A DNA stretch of 64,000 nt from Mytilus galloprovincialis (taxonomy: Eukaryota): NCBI RefSeq assembly GCF_965363235.1, contig NC_134847.1, forward strand, positions 63,916,144 through 63,980,143, in the 5' to 3' direction. The notes below the pieces were generated by a model, which made no database searches, was not told the DNA's origin, and worked only from the letters and a program-made list of their open reading frames with translations. Each line of letters opens with the position of its first letter. The stretch's first letter is position 1. The position numbers and the translations under genes are program-made. Shown here piece by piece: positions 36,455-49,960 of the stretch.

Positions 36455-36740
36455 TTGTTTGACATGGCCTCCCCTCGTTTCTATTGGAGTTATCAAGACC
36501 AAATATGGACCATCGGTAGACCTCATCATGAAGTATTACCAGATGAGGCTGTGTAGGATTTCATCATCCCCTTTAGAAGTTATCTCCCTTTTATTGTTTT
36601 TTTTCGACATGGCCCCCCCTCATTGTTTTTAAAGATATTATGACCTTATTTGGACAAAAGTTAGATCTCATCATGATGTGTTACCATATGAGGCTGCTAA
36701 GGATTTCATCATTCTCTATGAGAGTTACGTCCCCTTGAAG
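36455..36740. repeat. Two diverged tandem copies of a unit of about 145 bp
   Basis: CATGGCCTCCCCTCGTTTCTATTGGAGTTATCAAGACCAAATATGGACCATCGGTAGACCTCATCATGAAGTATTACCAGATGAGGCTGTGTAGGATTTCATCATCCCC is followed by CATGGCCCCCCCTCATTGTTTTTAAAGATATTATGACCTTATTTGGACAAAAGTTAGATCTCATCATGATGTGTTACCATATGAGGCTGCTAAGGATTTCATCATTCTC. Confidence 0.6.
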
Positions 36741-36914
36741 CAATTTCTTTCTTTTACATTTTTCTCAAAAAGTATTCAAGATAGAATCGATTTGAAAACG
36801 GCAACATGTACAAGACCAGATGGCAATGATAATAAACATATACAATCATTTTGTTGTTAACCCGTATAAGGAGTTATTTCCCTTGAAAAAATATACACAA
36901 TTTTTGAAAAATTG

Positions 36915-37425
36915 TATCTCGAGAACCGGAAGTCGTAAAGACTTGGGACCTACACCAATAATCTGAAGTTCATGTGACCTTTAATTTGCACCCAAGGTCA
37001 AAGGTCACCGAGTGCAAAAAAAAAATTACGCTGCAATTTGAAGCTTACATATTAGGAAAACGATAAGATTTTGCTGCATACATACAGCGTATAAAATGTT
37101 CCTCTCGACGAGCTCTACATTTTATATAATAAGCTCAAAAATGTCCGACCGTCTGTTACAACGGGATGATTCTTAAAAGTATAGTATTTTGTGTATATCT
37201 TTTTAAAGGTAACAGATATCAACCTACTATAAACTGCAAAGATGATCAGTAATTCAAGACCTTCAATTTGAGGTCAATGTCAGGTCATGATGAAATTTCA
37301 CCTTGACCTTCACAGTATACAATGACCTTGACCTTGTGATAGTTGAAAGGTTAAGTGGTCCTGAGTTGTGGTCCTGAGTTGAATGGTGCTAGTCCCATGT
37401 CTCTACGACTTCCGGTTCTTAAGTT
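36915..37425. mobile_element. MITE-like element, about 510 bp, with 30-bp TIR GAGAACCGGAAGTCGTA(A/G)AGAC(T/A)TGGGAC
   Basis: The left end is CGAGAACCGGAAGTCGTAAAGACTTGGGAC. The right end is GTCCCATGTCTCTACGACTTCCGGTTCTTAAG, its reverse complement. Subterminal TGACCTTTGACCTTGG at the left and CCTTGACCTTCAC / AATGACCTTGACCTTG at the right are also mutually inverted. Confidence 0.55.
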
Positions 37426-37859
37426 TGGTATTGCATCATATATTTGATGATTAATTGTGACCTTGGTGAACTTTAAAATTGTCCAAATTCTTTTTCTATA
37501 ATGTTGTTCTTCAACTGTAGATCATTTATCATTTAACAAATTTGAGATATCTATTGTCGTTTTAGAGATAATGCAGTTTGAAGTTTTGCGAGCGGAGGCA
37601 TGTATTTCTGAATCAACAAGAGCTTGCCACTTAAAATGTTTTAGAAATTGAAGAGGTTAACATAGTTATATGTTTGACCAAATACCAAAAACATTCCATG
37701 GACAAAAACACCAAAAATTCAATTTGAAATTTTCATGTTTTGCATTGACTTTGTAAGTTTCATTACTTCTATTTATATAGTTGATATTGCATCATTATTT
37801 GCACTTTGTCAAATGGGGTCATCTGATATATCAAATTGAAGGTCTTAATAAACTCTAAT

Positions 37860-38340
37860 TAAAAATGAAAAATTTAAACCCCCTTTTCATCCCAGGGGGA
37901 CGGGTGGGGTCATTTAGTACAAACATTCAAATTCCTCAGATAGTAAGGTTGTCGCATATCAAATGAAAGAACATAAAGCGTACATTTCAAATTTCAAATT
38001 GACGTCTCCCAAAAATGGGTTGGATGGGGTTATTGAGTGCAAAAAATAAATTTTCTTTTAAGATAGGGTTGTTGTATATCAAATGAAAGGTCATGATGTG
38101 AAAATTTGAAATATCAAATTCCCGACCTCCAAAAATTAGTTGGATAGGGTTATTAAGTGCAAAAATTAAACTTTCTAGAACATGGCTTGTCGCATATCAA
38201 ATGAAAGCTCATCTTCTCTATGTTACATATATCATAATTCCGATCTCAAAAATGTAAGCGAAAAGTTTCAGACGGTATGCTTGTCGTATATCAAACGAAA
38301 GGTCGTACAAAGTACATTACGAAAACATCACTTTTACAGG
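37860..38340. repeat. Tandem repeat of about 4 units of about 118 bp
   Basis: The recurring unit is ...GTTGTCGCATATCAAATGAAAG..CAT.A..GTGAAAATTTCAAAT.TCAAATT..CGACCTCCAAAAATGGGTTGGATGGGGTTATTGAGTGCAAAAAATAAA.TTTCT.... Copies start near 37945, 38063, 38183 and 38280. Confidence 0.65.
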
Positions 38341-41300
38341 AAAGACCTTTCAATTGTTTTACAAACAATTGAGATACTAGTTGTGATACTTTTTCTTCTA
38401 CATTGATTAAACTCATCATAGGTACCAGGATTAAAATTAAGTATTTGCGCCAGACACACGTTTCGTCTCCAAAACAACCGTTAATTCTATAAAAATGTTT
38501 ACAATGATCAAAAGTCGATATCATTCATCCTCCGAGTCATTGAATCTCACTACGAACCAACTTTTATCTATAAGTATTTGACTTTTCGAGAATGTAACTT
38601 TAACACACTTATGACTGTTGTAAAATTAGTTGTTATGATTATAGATTCACGCAATATTTCTGAAGATAAACTAGCTTCATCAGGTGCATGCATCCATCAA
38701 GGTGAATTCAAATGATGATAAGAAATTTTTTCAGCAATCGCACATTTTCTTCAATTTTTGGTTTCTTTTCGTTTTTTTTACAAACAAGACAGCCCAGCCT
38801 ACTTTAAAGTTCTCAATAATTGAAAAATAACTCTTTATCTATTCATTAACTAACATTATTTCTCTCTTAGAACAGGTTTGTAAGGGGTATTTTATTTCGA
38901 ATATTGCATCATTTTACTCTTTCACCGAATCATATATCAGTCAATTGAAAGTTAAAGGTATGTACATATAAACCTCAAACTGAAATCATAGCTTGTTTTA
39001 TAAATTTTATAAAACGAGAACATTTTAAAAAAAATATGAGAAAGTTCATGTAATGACAAAATAAAAAAAATAACTCTCATGACTATTAAACTAAAGACGC
39101 GATACTTTTCAATTTGATCTAAACATGATTGTTAAGGTCAAGGATCAGTAAATGAACTAGTCCATAGATTTTTTTTAAATTTAGAACTCGATTAGATATT
39201 GAAAATATACATCAGAAAATGTAAAAAAAAGTATATGTCACCGACTTCGTTTTCGAGAAAAATTCATTTTTAAAATGGTCCGAGAGGGTACTAAATTACA
39301 TTGAATATATAGGGAAAATCTGTATTTTTCTTCTACAATTTTCGGTTTCCGGTATAAATCACGTAAACCGCTCCATAGAATTTTTTTTTAAATTAACATT
39401 TTCTTCCTCTTTGTCTTACAAATTAGATGATGTTAAAAAAAAATATGGTCACCGACTTCGTTTTCCCTGTAGAAGCGACGCAAACTCAACATTTTGGCAA
39501 GAAAAATATCAAATTTCGTGACGTCGTTATTTTTATTACATAACGTCAAGTTATCATGCTAATTATTTCCAACGTTCTTCGTGTTGATTATGCACGATTA
39601 TTATGTGTTTCGTATTGATAGATTCTTTTTATCTGGATAATTATCATTAATTTTTATTTTGTATTTCCAATATTCTTTATTCTTTATATTTAGGCACCCC
39701 ATTATGCTCTTTTTCTTTTTTCTTTTTTTTTTTTTTGCCTTTTATTCTGCAATTTTTGCCCATTATTCTGTATTCCGTTAACCCCAATCAGACCCTCTTT
39801 TATGGAACATTTTAAAAAGAAATTATACGTTATAAAAAATATGATACATGTATGTTCATTATCAATACACATGTCTAAAACAATTACTAATTCAAACAAA
39901 AATACATTGTAAGTACATGAACGCAAAAATAGTAAAAACATAAAAATAGAAATCATCAGGTTTACTGTCTACAATCTACAAGTTGACACAATAAAAGATG
40001 TAATTGAAGCTATAATTTGTTATGCCCCCGCAACTGAAAGTTGGGGGGGGGGGTGTGTGTTACCCCTGTCCCTCTGTCCGCCGTCCTTCCCCTATTATAG
40101 TTAATCCGCATAACATCTACAGTTTGAATTCTAGAACGTTTTCACTTTGTTGTCTGTTTGTACATATATTGAAGGTGTGCATGTGGTCAGGGTTGTGATC
40201 TTTATTAATATTTGCTCTAATGAGAGATTGTTGAATTTTGTCACTTTTTTGGGAAACCAATACGTAAATCTCTTAGACTATAGTGTAGATCATCTGTTTG
40301 CATTTTTTCTCCGTTCCGATATATGATTTGGCAAATTTTTGAAAACAACGGTTACTTTAGCAGCGGAACATGTAATAGCTCGTTTTTTGGTACTATATCA
40401 CGACAGATCGAGTTCTGTCCATATACTACTGCTTAACATCGCATATATAAACAAACATTATATCAACGATTCTACAAATTATTAAAAGAGTGTCGTGCGG
40501 TTATTTATACATCTGCAAGTTAACAATTAAAACACGCAGACAAACTGACATCTTTGTAAATATTTTTGTTTGTTCTGCATACAATTTATTGTAATCAAGT
40601 CTTCAAAAACGTGTTAAAAAGTTTAGTAAATAGTTATTTTTCCATAAGTGTATATGTGTATGCTCGAAGTATATATAGAATCAGTACATGATACACAACA
40701 TGCGACAAAAAAGGGGGGTAGTAATAACAGGAAACTAAATTAAACTAAGGCTTTCATCGATGTAAACTTCAACAAAACTGGAAGGCGAACAGGAAAATAA
40801 GAATATATTGCATCACTTACGACAACCTTTGAATTGACCAGTGACTTTTTTTTAATTTATTACTGACCAGCCACACCGAGATAATCCAACGAGTTTTTAA
40901 GGGTTCATATGAAGTGTGGACCTAAATATTCTTTATCTTTAAATATAACGCTTATTCTGTAAAATCCTCAATAAACAATTTTGTAAAATTCTTCTATCAT
41001 CAAATGATTTCTTAATTCTGTACATGGTTCTTGTCTGTGTCTACACTGTTGTATTAAATTATTATTTTATTTTCTGTTGTTATTCTTTATAATTTTGCAA
41101 ACTTTTTGTTCAATTTTTAAATTCGCCAGTATCCGTTATTCTGCAACTCCCTTTGAGATCTTATTATATGTGACAATAAATTAATGTCCTTCTCTCTCTG
41201 ATTTTCGCTTTCTCTCAAGACATTGCACGGTCTTTGAAGCACGGTGTATTTTCCAGAAGATACATCGTGTAAAATATTTACAAGGAAACCAAACATACGG

Positions 41301-41525
41301 AGATTGAGATATAACTTAAAAACAGATGTACAAATTAATGTTTAATATGCCTACCAAAATAATCCCCCCCCCCCCCCCCCCAAAAAAAAAAAAAAAAAAA
41401 AAAAGAAAAGAAAACACAACAAAAAACAAAAAACAAAAAAAAAACAAAACAAAAATACAATCGCACACAGGCTGAGACATAACTCGAAAATGTTTGTTTT
41501 GTTATTTAGTTCATCCACACAAATG

Positions 41526-41725
41526 AGGGAGGGGGGAGGACCGGGATCGGAACTCCGGGATCGGGTATTTTTAAACACGGGATTTCGGGATTAATCTTTT
41601 CGGGATCCGGGAATTCTATTTTCGAATTTCGGGATGGCGGGATTTATTTTAAATTTCGGGACCTCTGGATTTCATTTTTTAAAGTCCGCGATTTCGGGAT
41701 CAGGACCCCTCCTATTTTTTTAGAA
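41526..41725 (+). repeat. Second copy of the CGGGAT-subrepeat element, preceded by a (C)17(A)22 tract
   Basis: After GGGAGGGGGGAGGACCGGGATCGGAACTCCGGGATCGGGTATTTTTAAACACGGGATTTCGGGATTAATCTTTTCGGGATCCGGGAATTCTATTTTCGAATTTCGGGATGGCGGGATTTATTT comes ...GGACCCCTCC. A C17 A22 homopolymer pair lies at 41365..41403. Confidence 0.55.
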
Positions 41726-43669
41726 GGTATATAGTAGTAGTATGATATAGAGATGATCGATATAATCTCGTTCTCGACCTTCAAGTTTTATGGGTGAAAT
41801 AGAATTGAGAACAGTTCTATTCTATATTTGAGATGCTACTTTCAGGGTACATTTTTATTTTTTATTCGGTTAATTTTTACCCATATATATATATAGAACA
41901 ATTTCCTTTGAGGAGACAACCATACGAATCAATACTAGTAAGAAAATTCTTTTAAGGATCCACTGAATGTTCTTTTATTAGGATAATATTCCATGTATAA
42001 CTCTTTAAACCATAAACTATTTATACATGTATCTATTAAAAAGATTTGTGTTCTATTTTTAACATCGAAACTTTCAACAAAATTGCGGACGTGAAAGAAA
42101 ACACCATAACAAAAAAAACCGTCAGAATACAAAATGTAGCGATGGATTAATGATCGTGAAACATCATTTTCGTTTATTTTTCATTTGTTATAGTCTAAAA
42201 ACTGTTGTATGAATATTAAATTATTGTTCCAACCGTAAAGAAGGTTACAAATTTAAATGTATTATAGTTTAGTGTCATCTATATGACTGACTGACAGCAG
42301 CGGAGAATTTATGACCAGTATTAATTTATGTGGTTCATTTCCTTCTCTACTTTGAAAATATTTTTAATTGTTCCGAATGGTGTGATAGTTTTCAAAATAG
42401 GGGATATCTAGTCTTACCGTACAAGACTAAGTTTAGTATTAATGTCCCAAACTTGCACCCCCTTCTGCTTATTTCCTGCTACACGATGTCTTTTCCCAGT
42501 GAATATAGGGTTTTTGTATGGATAGTTTTGACATACTACAAGTAGAATACAGGGGCCAATCCAGGATTTTGCAAAGGGGGGCGAAGTTTTTGGGACCTTT
42601 TTTTGGTTAAAAAACATAAAATAAGTGTAAAATGCACTTTTTAAACGGTTCTAGACGTGGGGCATGTATATTTTATAGTTGCTGTTAAGTGTAAGAGTTG
42701 GACATTTTTGATGTTGTATTCTCCCCATAAATTGTCTATCATAAAATTATAGTATGGGTCAAAAGCTATGAACTGATATATTTGATGTGGGACTTGTCAG
42801 TAAAAAATAGACATGGAAAATTCTCGCTTGTTGTATGTTACGTTAGCATAAACTCACAGATTTCTTGTTGTAAACAAGATACACGCCGCGCTATTCGATG
42901 AATTTTACAATACGAGCGACACGAGTTAAAAAAGACAAACAAGCAATTTTTAAACAAATGTTTGGTTAAAATGTTTTACCCAACACAATTGAAAATTAAC
43001 CAAAGGCTACGAATGAGTCTGAAATGACAACGAATTTATGAATGACGGTCGACAAATGGAGACATAAGGGCCACACCAGCAGGCAGGTTGCAGTCTGATC
43101 TTGATAAAAGTATTCAATATATCAGTTCATGCAAACCCCCGTCCCCCCAAAAAAATACGCCCGTTTTTTATTCATTATGTTCATTTAATGCTATATTATT
43201 CTGTTGGAAATTTTCGTTTCTATTAGCCAAAAAGTGGACAAGATTATTGTTTTCAATCTAAATACGGCCAGACTCTCAGATCTCAGACTGCCTCCTCAAA
43301 CAAATGGCTAGTACCTTGCACTTTAAATCTATCCAGAGCTTAATATACTGACTGGGTAATAATTATTCAGCTATGTTATTTTAAGATAGGCGCGGGCGTT
43401 TGGGGTTAAACATAATTTCGTAGGTAAATAATATTAATGTGGAACTTTTTTTCATGAGATTATAATAGAGTATAACTTTCTTTTTGGTTGAATTGTGAAA
43501 TAGAAGTCAATACGTTCTTGCTCACTCCTTTGTCGCTTGAAGGTGTTATGATTTTTCATGCTCAGAATTGCAAATGTGTTCCTGTAATTTGAATTTCAAA
43601 ATGACTGAGTGACGTTTTTTCGACGAACTGGTCAACTCAACCATACCGAATCACTCTACTGTGATGCGA

Positions 43670-43880
43670 CTGCCATATAAGTGAGAGGTTTAGCGCTATA
43701 AAACCAGGTTCCATAAATCCATCATTTTTTACATTTGAAAATGCCTGTACCAAGTCAGGAATATGACAGTTGTTGTCCATTCGTTTGATGTGTTTATCAT
43801 TTGAATTTGCCATTTGATTAGGGACTTTCCGTTTTGAATTTTCCTCGGAGTTCAGTATTTTGTAATTTTACTTTTGAAAT
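43670..43880 (-). mobile_element. Family B repeat, partial (reverse orientation)
   Basis: About 88% identical to 9590..9800. Confidence 0.65.
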
Positions 43881-45193
43881 AATCAGTAAATAATGGCGAA
43901 AAATTCTTTATATGAAAAGAATTGTCTCATAAAAATTAAATACACGGGAAATGGCAAAGTTCACGAAGTCTAGTCTTATTAATCTTTTTACAAAAAAAAA
44001 AAAAAAAAAGTCCAAGCAAAAAGGGGGGGGGGCGTACGCCCTCATGCCCCCCTCTGGATCCGCAACTACACGCAGTTACTGACAGCTTGTTCAAAGCCAA
44101 TAACAACTAATAAAAAATCAAGCATCTAAGACTAAATTCTTACCAAGATTTCTGTAAATCAGTGTTGATTGAGACCCACTGGAAAGAAATGCACCACTAT
44201 TATTCTGTGTAACAGATTGTCATTGTTGCGTCAACCAGATTGATTTCTTGTTTTAATTCATTTCAATTTTAAAAGTGTAAGAAAAATTGATTTCTTGTCC
44301 AAAAATACCGTGTGTTGCACTTATAAACATTTCTTACTGTTTTTAAAACATGCTAAATGTTTATAATTACATGATTGTGTAAATTTACATTCAAACATTA
44401 GATGAATTGCATTTATTTCAAACGTGCCAGAAAACATGCACATATTCGAATAAGCTGACAATAATTCAAGTGAAACAGGGATGGGGATATACAAAGTACT
44501 GTAAAAGAAAAGTTAGAGTATCTATACTAATAAACGAGAAGACCTACTTTTGTGTGTCGCTTCTCTTCCTTCTACAATGAATTAATCAGCATGCCTCTGT
44601 GTTCTATATAGGTATAGTCGCATTTGTCATCTTTTCTTATGATTATTCAGTTTGGGTTATTTTGGGAGGAAAACGAAAATAAAGGTGTCAGACCACCAAT
44701 TAAAAATCCCTATCTGTTCAACCGATTCTTGCAATTTTCACAGCTATCTAAATATTTTACCTTAAGTTTAACTTCAATGAAACCAGGTATATCCTGAATT
44801 GTACATGTATCACCTTTCTACATGCCAATTTTCAACCAAAGTTTAAAGTCTTATATGAAATTTCTGATCTTGAAAACACAGGTACTACCAAAATAACTCC
44901 CTGTTTTCTGGAAATCTTAAATTAGTGTACTATGTAGCGCATTAATCCTGAATTTTTAACGCAAACTCATAGACAAGTGAATTTTGACTCAAAATGGTCT
45001 AAATATATTTCCCTTTCACCAGAAGTTTCATTTCTGCATATTTGTTGGTTAGTTTACGTAAACATGACATCAAAAGTACTATTTTGTGTCATAGTTCAAT
45101 ATACTGTCGAGACTGCACTGTTTTTCCTCATCACAATTATGTAGAAGTAGAAATAGTGGTGAGCAACAGTGATCAACAGTTTTCACACTTGTT

Positions 45194-45402
45194 TTAACTG
45201 GTCGGCAGATATCCAAACTCAAACACCTGATTTTCGTTTTGAAGATCGTCTTCATGACTGTTTTCATATTCATTTTCAAAATCCTGTAGCATTTCTTCAA
45301 TTTTAGCAAACAAGTTCATGCTCCTAGAAGATACATACTTTCCGTCAGATTTACCGTTGTCCCATTGAAAAGTCACCGGTTGAAATTTTAACATTGCAAA
45401 AT
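45194..45402 (-). CDS. Candidate terminal coding exon of an unidentified gene (acidic C-terminus)
   Basis: The acceptor is tccctttgaccag|AT. The translation is (x)FAMLKFQPVTFQWDNGKSDGKYVSSRSMNLFAKIEEMLQDFENEYENSHEDDLQNENQVFEFGYLPTS*. Its composition is protein-like and not repeat-like. No family was recognised. Confidence 0.3.
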
Positions 45403-48400
45403 CTGGTCAAAGGGACGTAATTCGTACAAAACATCGCAATATTTCGCGGAATCCGCTAGACGGCGTTCATTTACTGTTACTTGACCTTAATGTTCGTATC
45501 TTTATCTCGCATAATTAGTGAACAAAATTACTGACGCATAGCAAAGTTGTTATCACACTTGAACGGAAAACGGAAAATTTGACCAATTTAAACAGAAATG
45601 AAATGAAAATTTAAATTTAAAAGAGAAAAATGTTTCCAGCTGTAACAGTTACTCCTATTTACAATCAAAAACGGTTATCTTTATACAGCGTAAAAAAATG
45701 TAATTTTCTTGAATTATTTGAAAGGTATTTTAAATGACAATCCTGGTGTACTTGTATGTATAGTGTTACACTAAGACAATCAAATAAATAAACGTCTGTC
45801 CTCATAGATCTTAACTAACATAATGGATTGCCTCATGAGCGAGCTATTAATGCTGCTGCAGTCTACAATCACCAAGTTTGTTTATGTAAAATACTCAAAA
45901 TAAAACCTATATTGTGCTGTTTGCTGGTATCGAATAGTTATTATGCTTTTGAAACTCGTGCTTTTTAACAGAACACTGTTCCATATTGGGCTGTCTTTTC
46001 AAATGAGTTCCTTTGGCATTAGGAACAATGTTAAAGGTCAATGAAAAACTCCTTTTCCGAACGCCAATGTATTTGTGTGAAAGTGTTCTTTGGACTTTTT
46101 AATGGAGTTGTATCCCCTTAACTATTTTAAAAAAAAACTATTTAGTATGAGAGTTCCTAACCGTATATAGAGACTTAATGTTTTCTGATTTGAGATCCTC
46201 GATTTTTTACCCTAAAACTTAGGGCAAGGTCATATTTTGACTTTTGGTAGAATTTTATACTCGTAACTGATGAAGCCATTTTGTCTTTACTATCAGTATT
46301 AGCATGAAAATGGCTTACACGAAGTAACTGTGTTTAAGTTTGATAGACAGTTTTGCCCAATGGCATGTAAAAGAAAACAGAAACAATATATTTTTCGCAT
46401 TTGTAAAAAATTACTTTTTCATTTGACATCTGATTGGGAAAATTGTTTGCCGTAAGTAGTAAATAATTCCCCTTATTTCAATGAAACCATATATATTCTT
46501 TTCAAATCAGTCAAAATTAAGTTTACACTCGAATGGCTTTTGATACTAAGTAGCGGATCATCTCTCTTGCTTCAAAGAATGATTTACAAACAGCATATTT
46601 TTTTGGGATTGGAGCTGGATAAGTGGTCTTCTGACACGAATTGTTTAAATATAAGTTCATTTGTGGTCTCGAAAAATTAGTGTCTGCAGAACAGTTTTTT
46701 TTCCCAATATTTATCAGCATGTGAGCGAAAAATAACTCCGATAGATCTCTGAACAATTGTTTTTTGTTTTGTATTATTTTTTTATTCTGTAAAATCTTTA
46801 GTTGTATGGTTATTTATGATATATGCATTACTGTTTTCACAATTTTGGCTTTAATTTATTGTTGAAGCACCGCAATCCTATAGCAATCACAGGACGTACG
46901 TACTAAATCTTAAGGCTGGTATCATTGATGAGTTATTATATGTAAAAAAGAGATATATCCCCTTGCAGGAGATAGCTTTCACGAAAAGAAAATTATGTCC
47001 CTCTCATCCTAAATTTACTTTACTAAGTAGCAATATGGACAGATTTCTATCAGTCACAGGTGGAATTTTATTTTGATTGTAAAACGTATAGTCGTTTGGG
47101 GTAATGTATGTTGTATATTAAATAATCATATACCTTGATGATATCAGGTTTAAAAGACTCGCGCGTAAGACAAACCAAAGTATATACCTGGTATATATGA
47201 GTTTTAACAACCACTGTTTCGATGTCTTTGCTTTATGACGTCCCGTCTCCGAGAGTATAGTCAGCCTAGTAGTCAGCACTGTTTTCGTTGACATGAAATG
47301 GCATCAATCGTTTTATGTTATGAAAATTAACTGATTATAAACTGTTGAAATATTCAAAACACTGATGTTTTTCTATACCCAGAAATAAGTTTTCTAAGCT
47401 ATATTTGGCACACCTTTTTTTGAATTTACGGTTATAAATACACTCGAACTTTGTTTTTTAATTCAAGCGACATTTTTGCGTCTTTACGTAAACCGAATTA
47501 TAAGCCTGGTATCTTTGACGAGATGTTTTAATAATTTTTGATAAATTCAAACTAGTTATCGCAAAGTATACCTTATTTCTCCCTAAAACAATATATTTTT
47601 ACATATTTTGGTCAATTTTTTTTTATAAACAGAATTCTTCTAATCTGTCTTAAACTAGGATTATTTGTGTAAAGGGTACAAAATGTCGATGTGTAATTGA
47701 GTGTACTCTTACATATGCGTTCTTTATATTCCAAAATAAGACGCACACCCCTAGCGATAGAGCAGACATTTTCACGCTTAATCTAATGCTCTGTTTTTAT
47801 TGCTCAGATAAAAGATATGCGTAATTTTGATGGAGGTTTTGGGGGGAAATAGACCTACTTAAGTTAATAACAATATAACTGTTTGTTGGGACACCTTTTA
47901 TTTGTATCCATTTGACAATTTTCGTTATGTCTTGATTAATATTTACTTTGCAATCCTTGAAAGTTTTGATTAAACATAAAAGCTTACCACAATCTGTTCT
48001 CATAATATTTTTTTTCATTTCGTTCTTAAGTATTTAGTGTTTCTGCTAACATTCATAATACCTCAATGCAATGATCTATTTGTATCTATGTTATATATAT
48101 ATATATTATTGTATTTTCACTCATATTGTTTTGAGTACACTGTCAGATTTATTTTACCTTAAATAGCCTACCATTTCATGAACTATGCAAATCTGTAAAG
48201 ATATATTTTTCACAAACTCATCCTTCCTTTTTTCATAAAGATATATTTCATCCTCATTCCTTAGTGAAGTTAAACACTATATGTTAATAATTTTGAGGAA
48301 TTGAGCCACATCAAGGTCCAGAATTGTGTAATACAAAAGGAAAATAGCACAATTTGTTAAAACGCCTGTAATGTACGTCCAAAGTTAGATCTCATTAACA

Positions 48401-48656
48401 CCGATATACATAAGTAGGATATTATTTATATATAATTATCTCATCATAACAGGTTAAATAATTTCCTTTACAAAAATAAATTATATATCCTTGTTTTAAA
48501 AATTTCAATAGGGAATATATTTTGTAGTAATTAACCATTATTCAAGACGTTTCGGCCACTGGCTTTCTTCGGTTTCTTTATTTTTCTTCTTAGCTATATG
48601 ATAGACATTTTTCCTTTCACAATCAATAAATTATCTATGTTTCAAAAACATGTAAG

Positions 48657-49070
48657 GTACAAGATATAGGAAGATGTGGTATGAGTGACAATGAGACAAC
48701 TCTCCATCCAAGTCACAATTTATAAAATTAAACCATTATAGATCAAGGTACGGTCTTTAACACGGAGCCTAAGCTCACACCGAACAGCAAGTTAAACGGG
48801 AAAACCAACGGTCTAATCTATATAAAAAAAAAGAGAGAAACGAGTAACACTTATGAACCACATAAACAAATGACAACCACTGAGCATCAAATTACTGACT
48901 TAGGACAGGTGCAAATAATTGCAGCGGTATTAAACGTTAAATGGTACCAAACCTTCTACCTTTTCTAGAACAGTAGTATAACATCACAACATAGAAAGAC
49001 ACACTATAAAATATCAATTGGAACGACTTAACTCATTCAAAAAATTATATTGAATGTATAATGTAACAGC
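48657..49070 (+). mobile_element. SINE-like repeat family A, full-length copy
   Basis: Collinear with 1027..1460, with the same 5' terminus and internal blocks. Confidence 0.7.
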
Positions 49071-49849
49071 AGTTTACTGATATTCAAATCCGATAAATCA
49101 AATTAAAAGATAAAAATTCAAATTTAAAACTAACAAAAACGGAGGGATTTAGGGAACAAAAATATTGTCAACAGAGTAAACAGTCTTTGGACATGTAACC
49201 GCTGCCATAAGAAGGCACACTCAGTCAAAATGTAACAATCCACTAAAAACGTGTTTACTTCTAAAAGGGATAGAACTTACTGTACTTGTTCTTTCTGCAC
49301 CATTCTAAACAAGTCGATATTTTATTGGAAATCACTGTTTCTGTACAGGTATTATCTGAGAAAAAAGTTAAAGGTACTTGGTTTTATGGCTAACTGAAAC
49401 TCTGGCTTATACATCATTTGTTTAAATTTCATTTATATAAACCATATTAAGTCAGCAACTCCAACAGACATGATATGTTAATAATTTGATCCAGTAAATG
49501 TAGCACACCAAGTGTGACTGAGTGTGTAATAAAAGCTTTTTAATCTTTGGTGAAAATTAATTAAAAAAAACTATTAAAGATGGAATGGATTTGAATAAGT
49601 AAAAAAACAACAAATGAGTTTAAACGGTTAAAAAGATGACAGAAAGAAATATGTTAAGCATTGATATTAAACATTTTATAGACATAGATATGTCAAAGAA
49701 AATTACTTATTAAAAAAACTTGTCCATTAAAATTTGCTAATGCATATTGTAAATCAGGTTCTGATAAAATCATGAGATAAATGTTAGAGATAGGATTTAA
49801 TGATAGTAGATAAATAAATTAGAAATAGTTTAAAAAAAAAAAGTAATGT

Positions 49850-49960
49850 CATCCCTCATATATTCATATTTACCGAACTCCAAGGAAAATTCAAAACGGA
49901 AAGTTCTTCTTCGAATGGTAAAGTCAAAAGCTCAAACACATCAAATGAATGGAAAACAAC
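49850..49960 (+). mobile_element. Family B repeat, left half of a copy split by the 4.7-kb long-TIR element
   Basis: It runs CCGAACTCCAAGGAAAATTCAAAACGGAAAG...CACATCAAATGAATGGAAAACAAC and then breaks at 49960/49961. The continuation AACTGTCATATTTTTACTTGGTACAGGC resumes at 54655. Confidence 0.7.

Noticed and set aside
39140-39480. Local duplication of about 200 bp (CTCCATAGAATTTTTTTTAAATT...GTCACCGACTTCGTTTTC)
   Set aside because: There are only two diverged copies in AT-rich sequence. I mention it only as a minor local duplication, with no further evidence.
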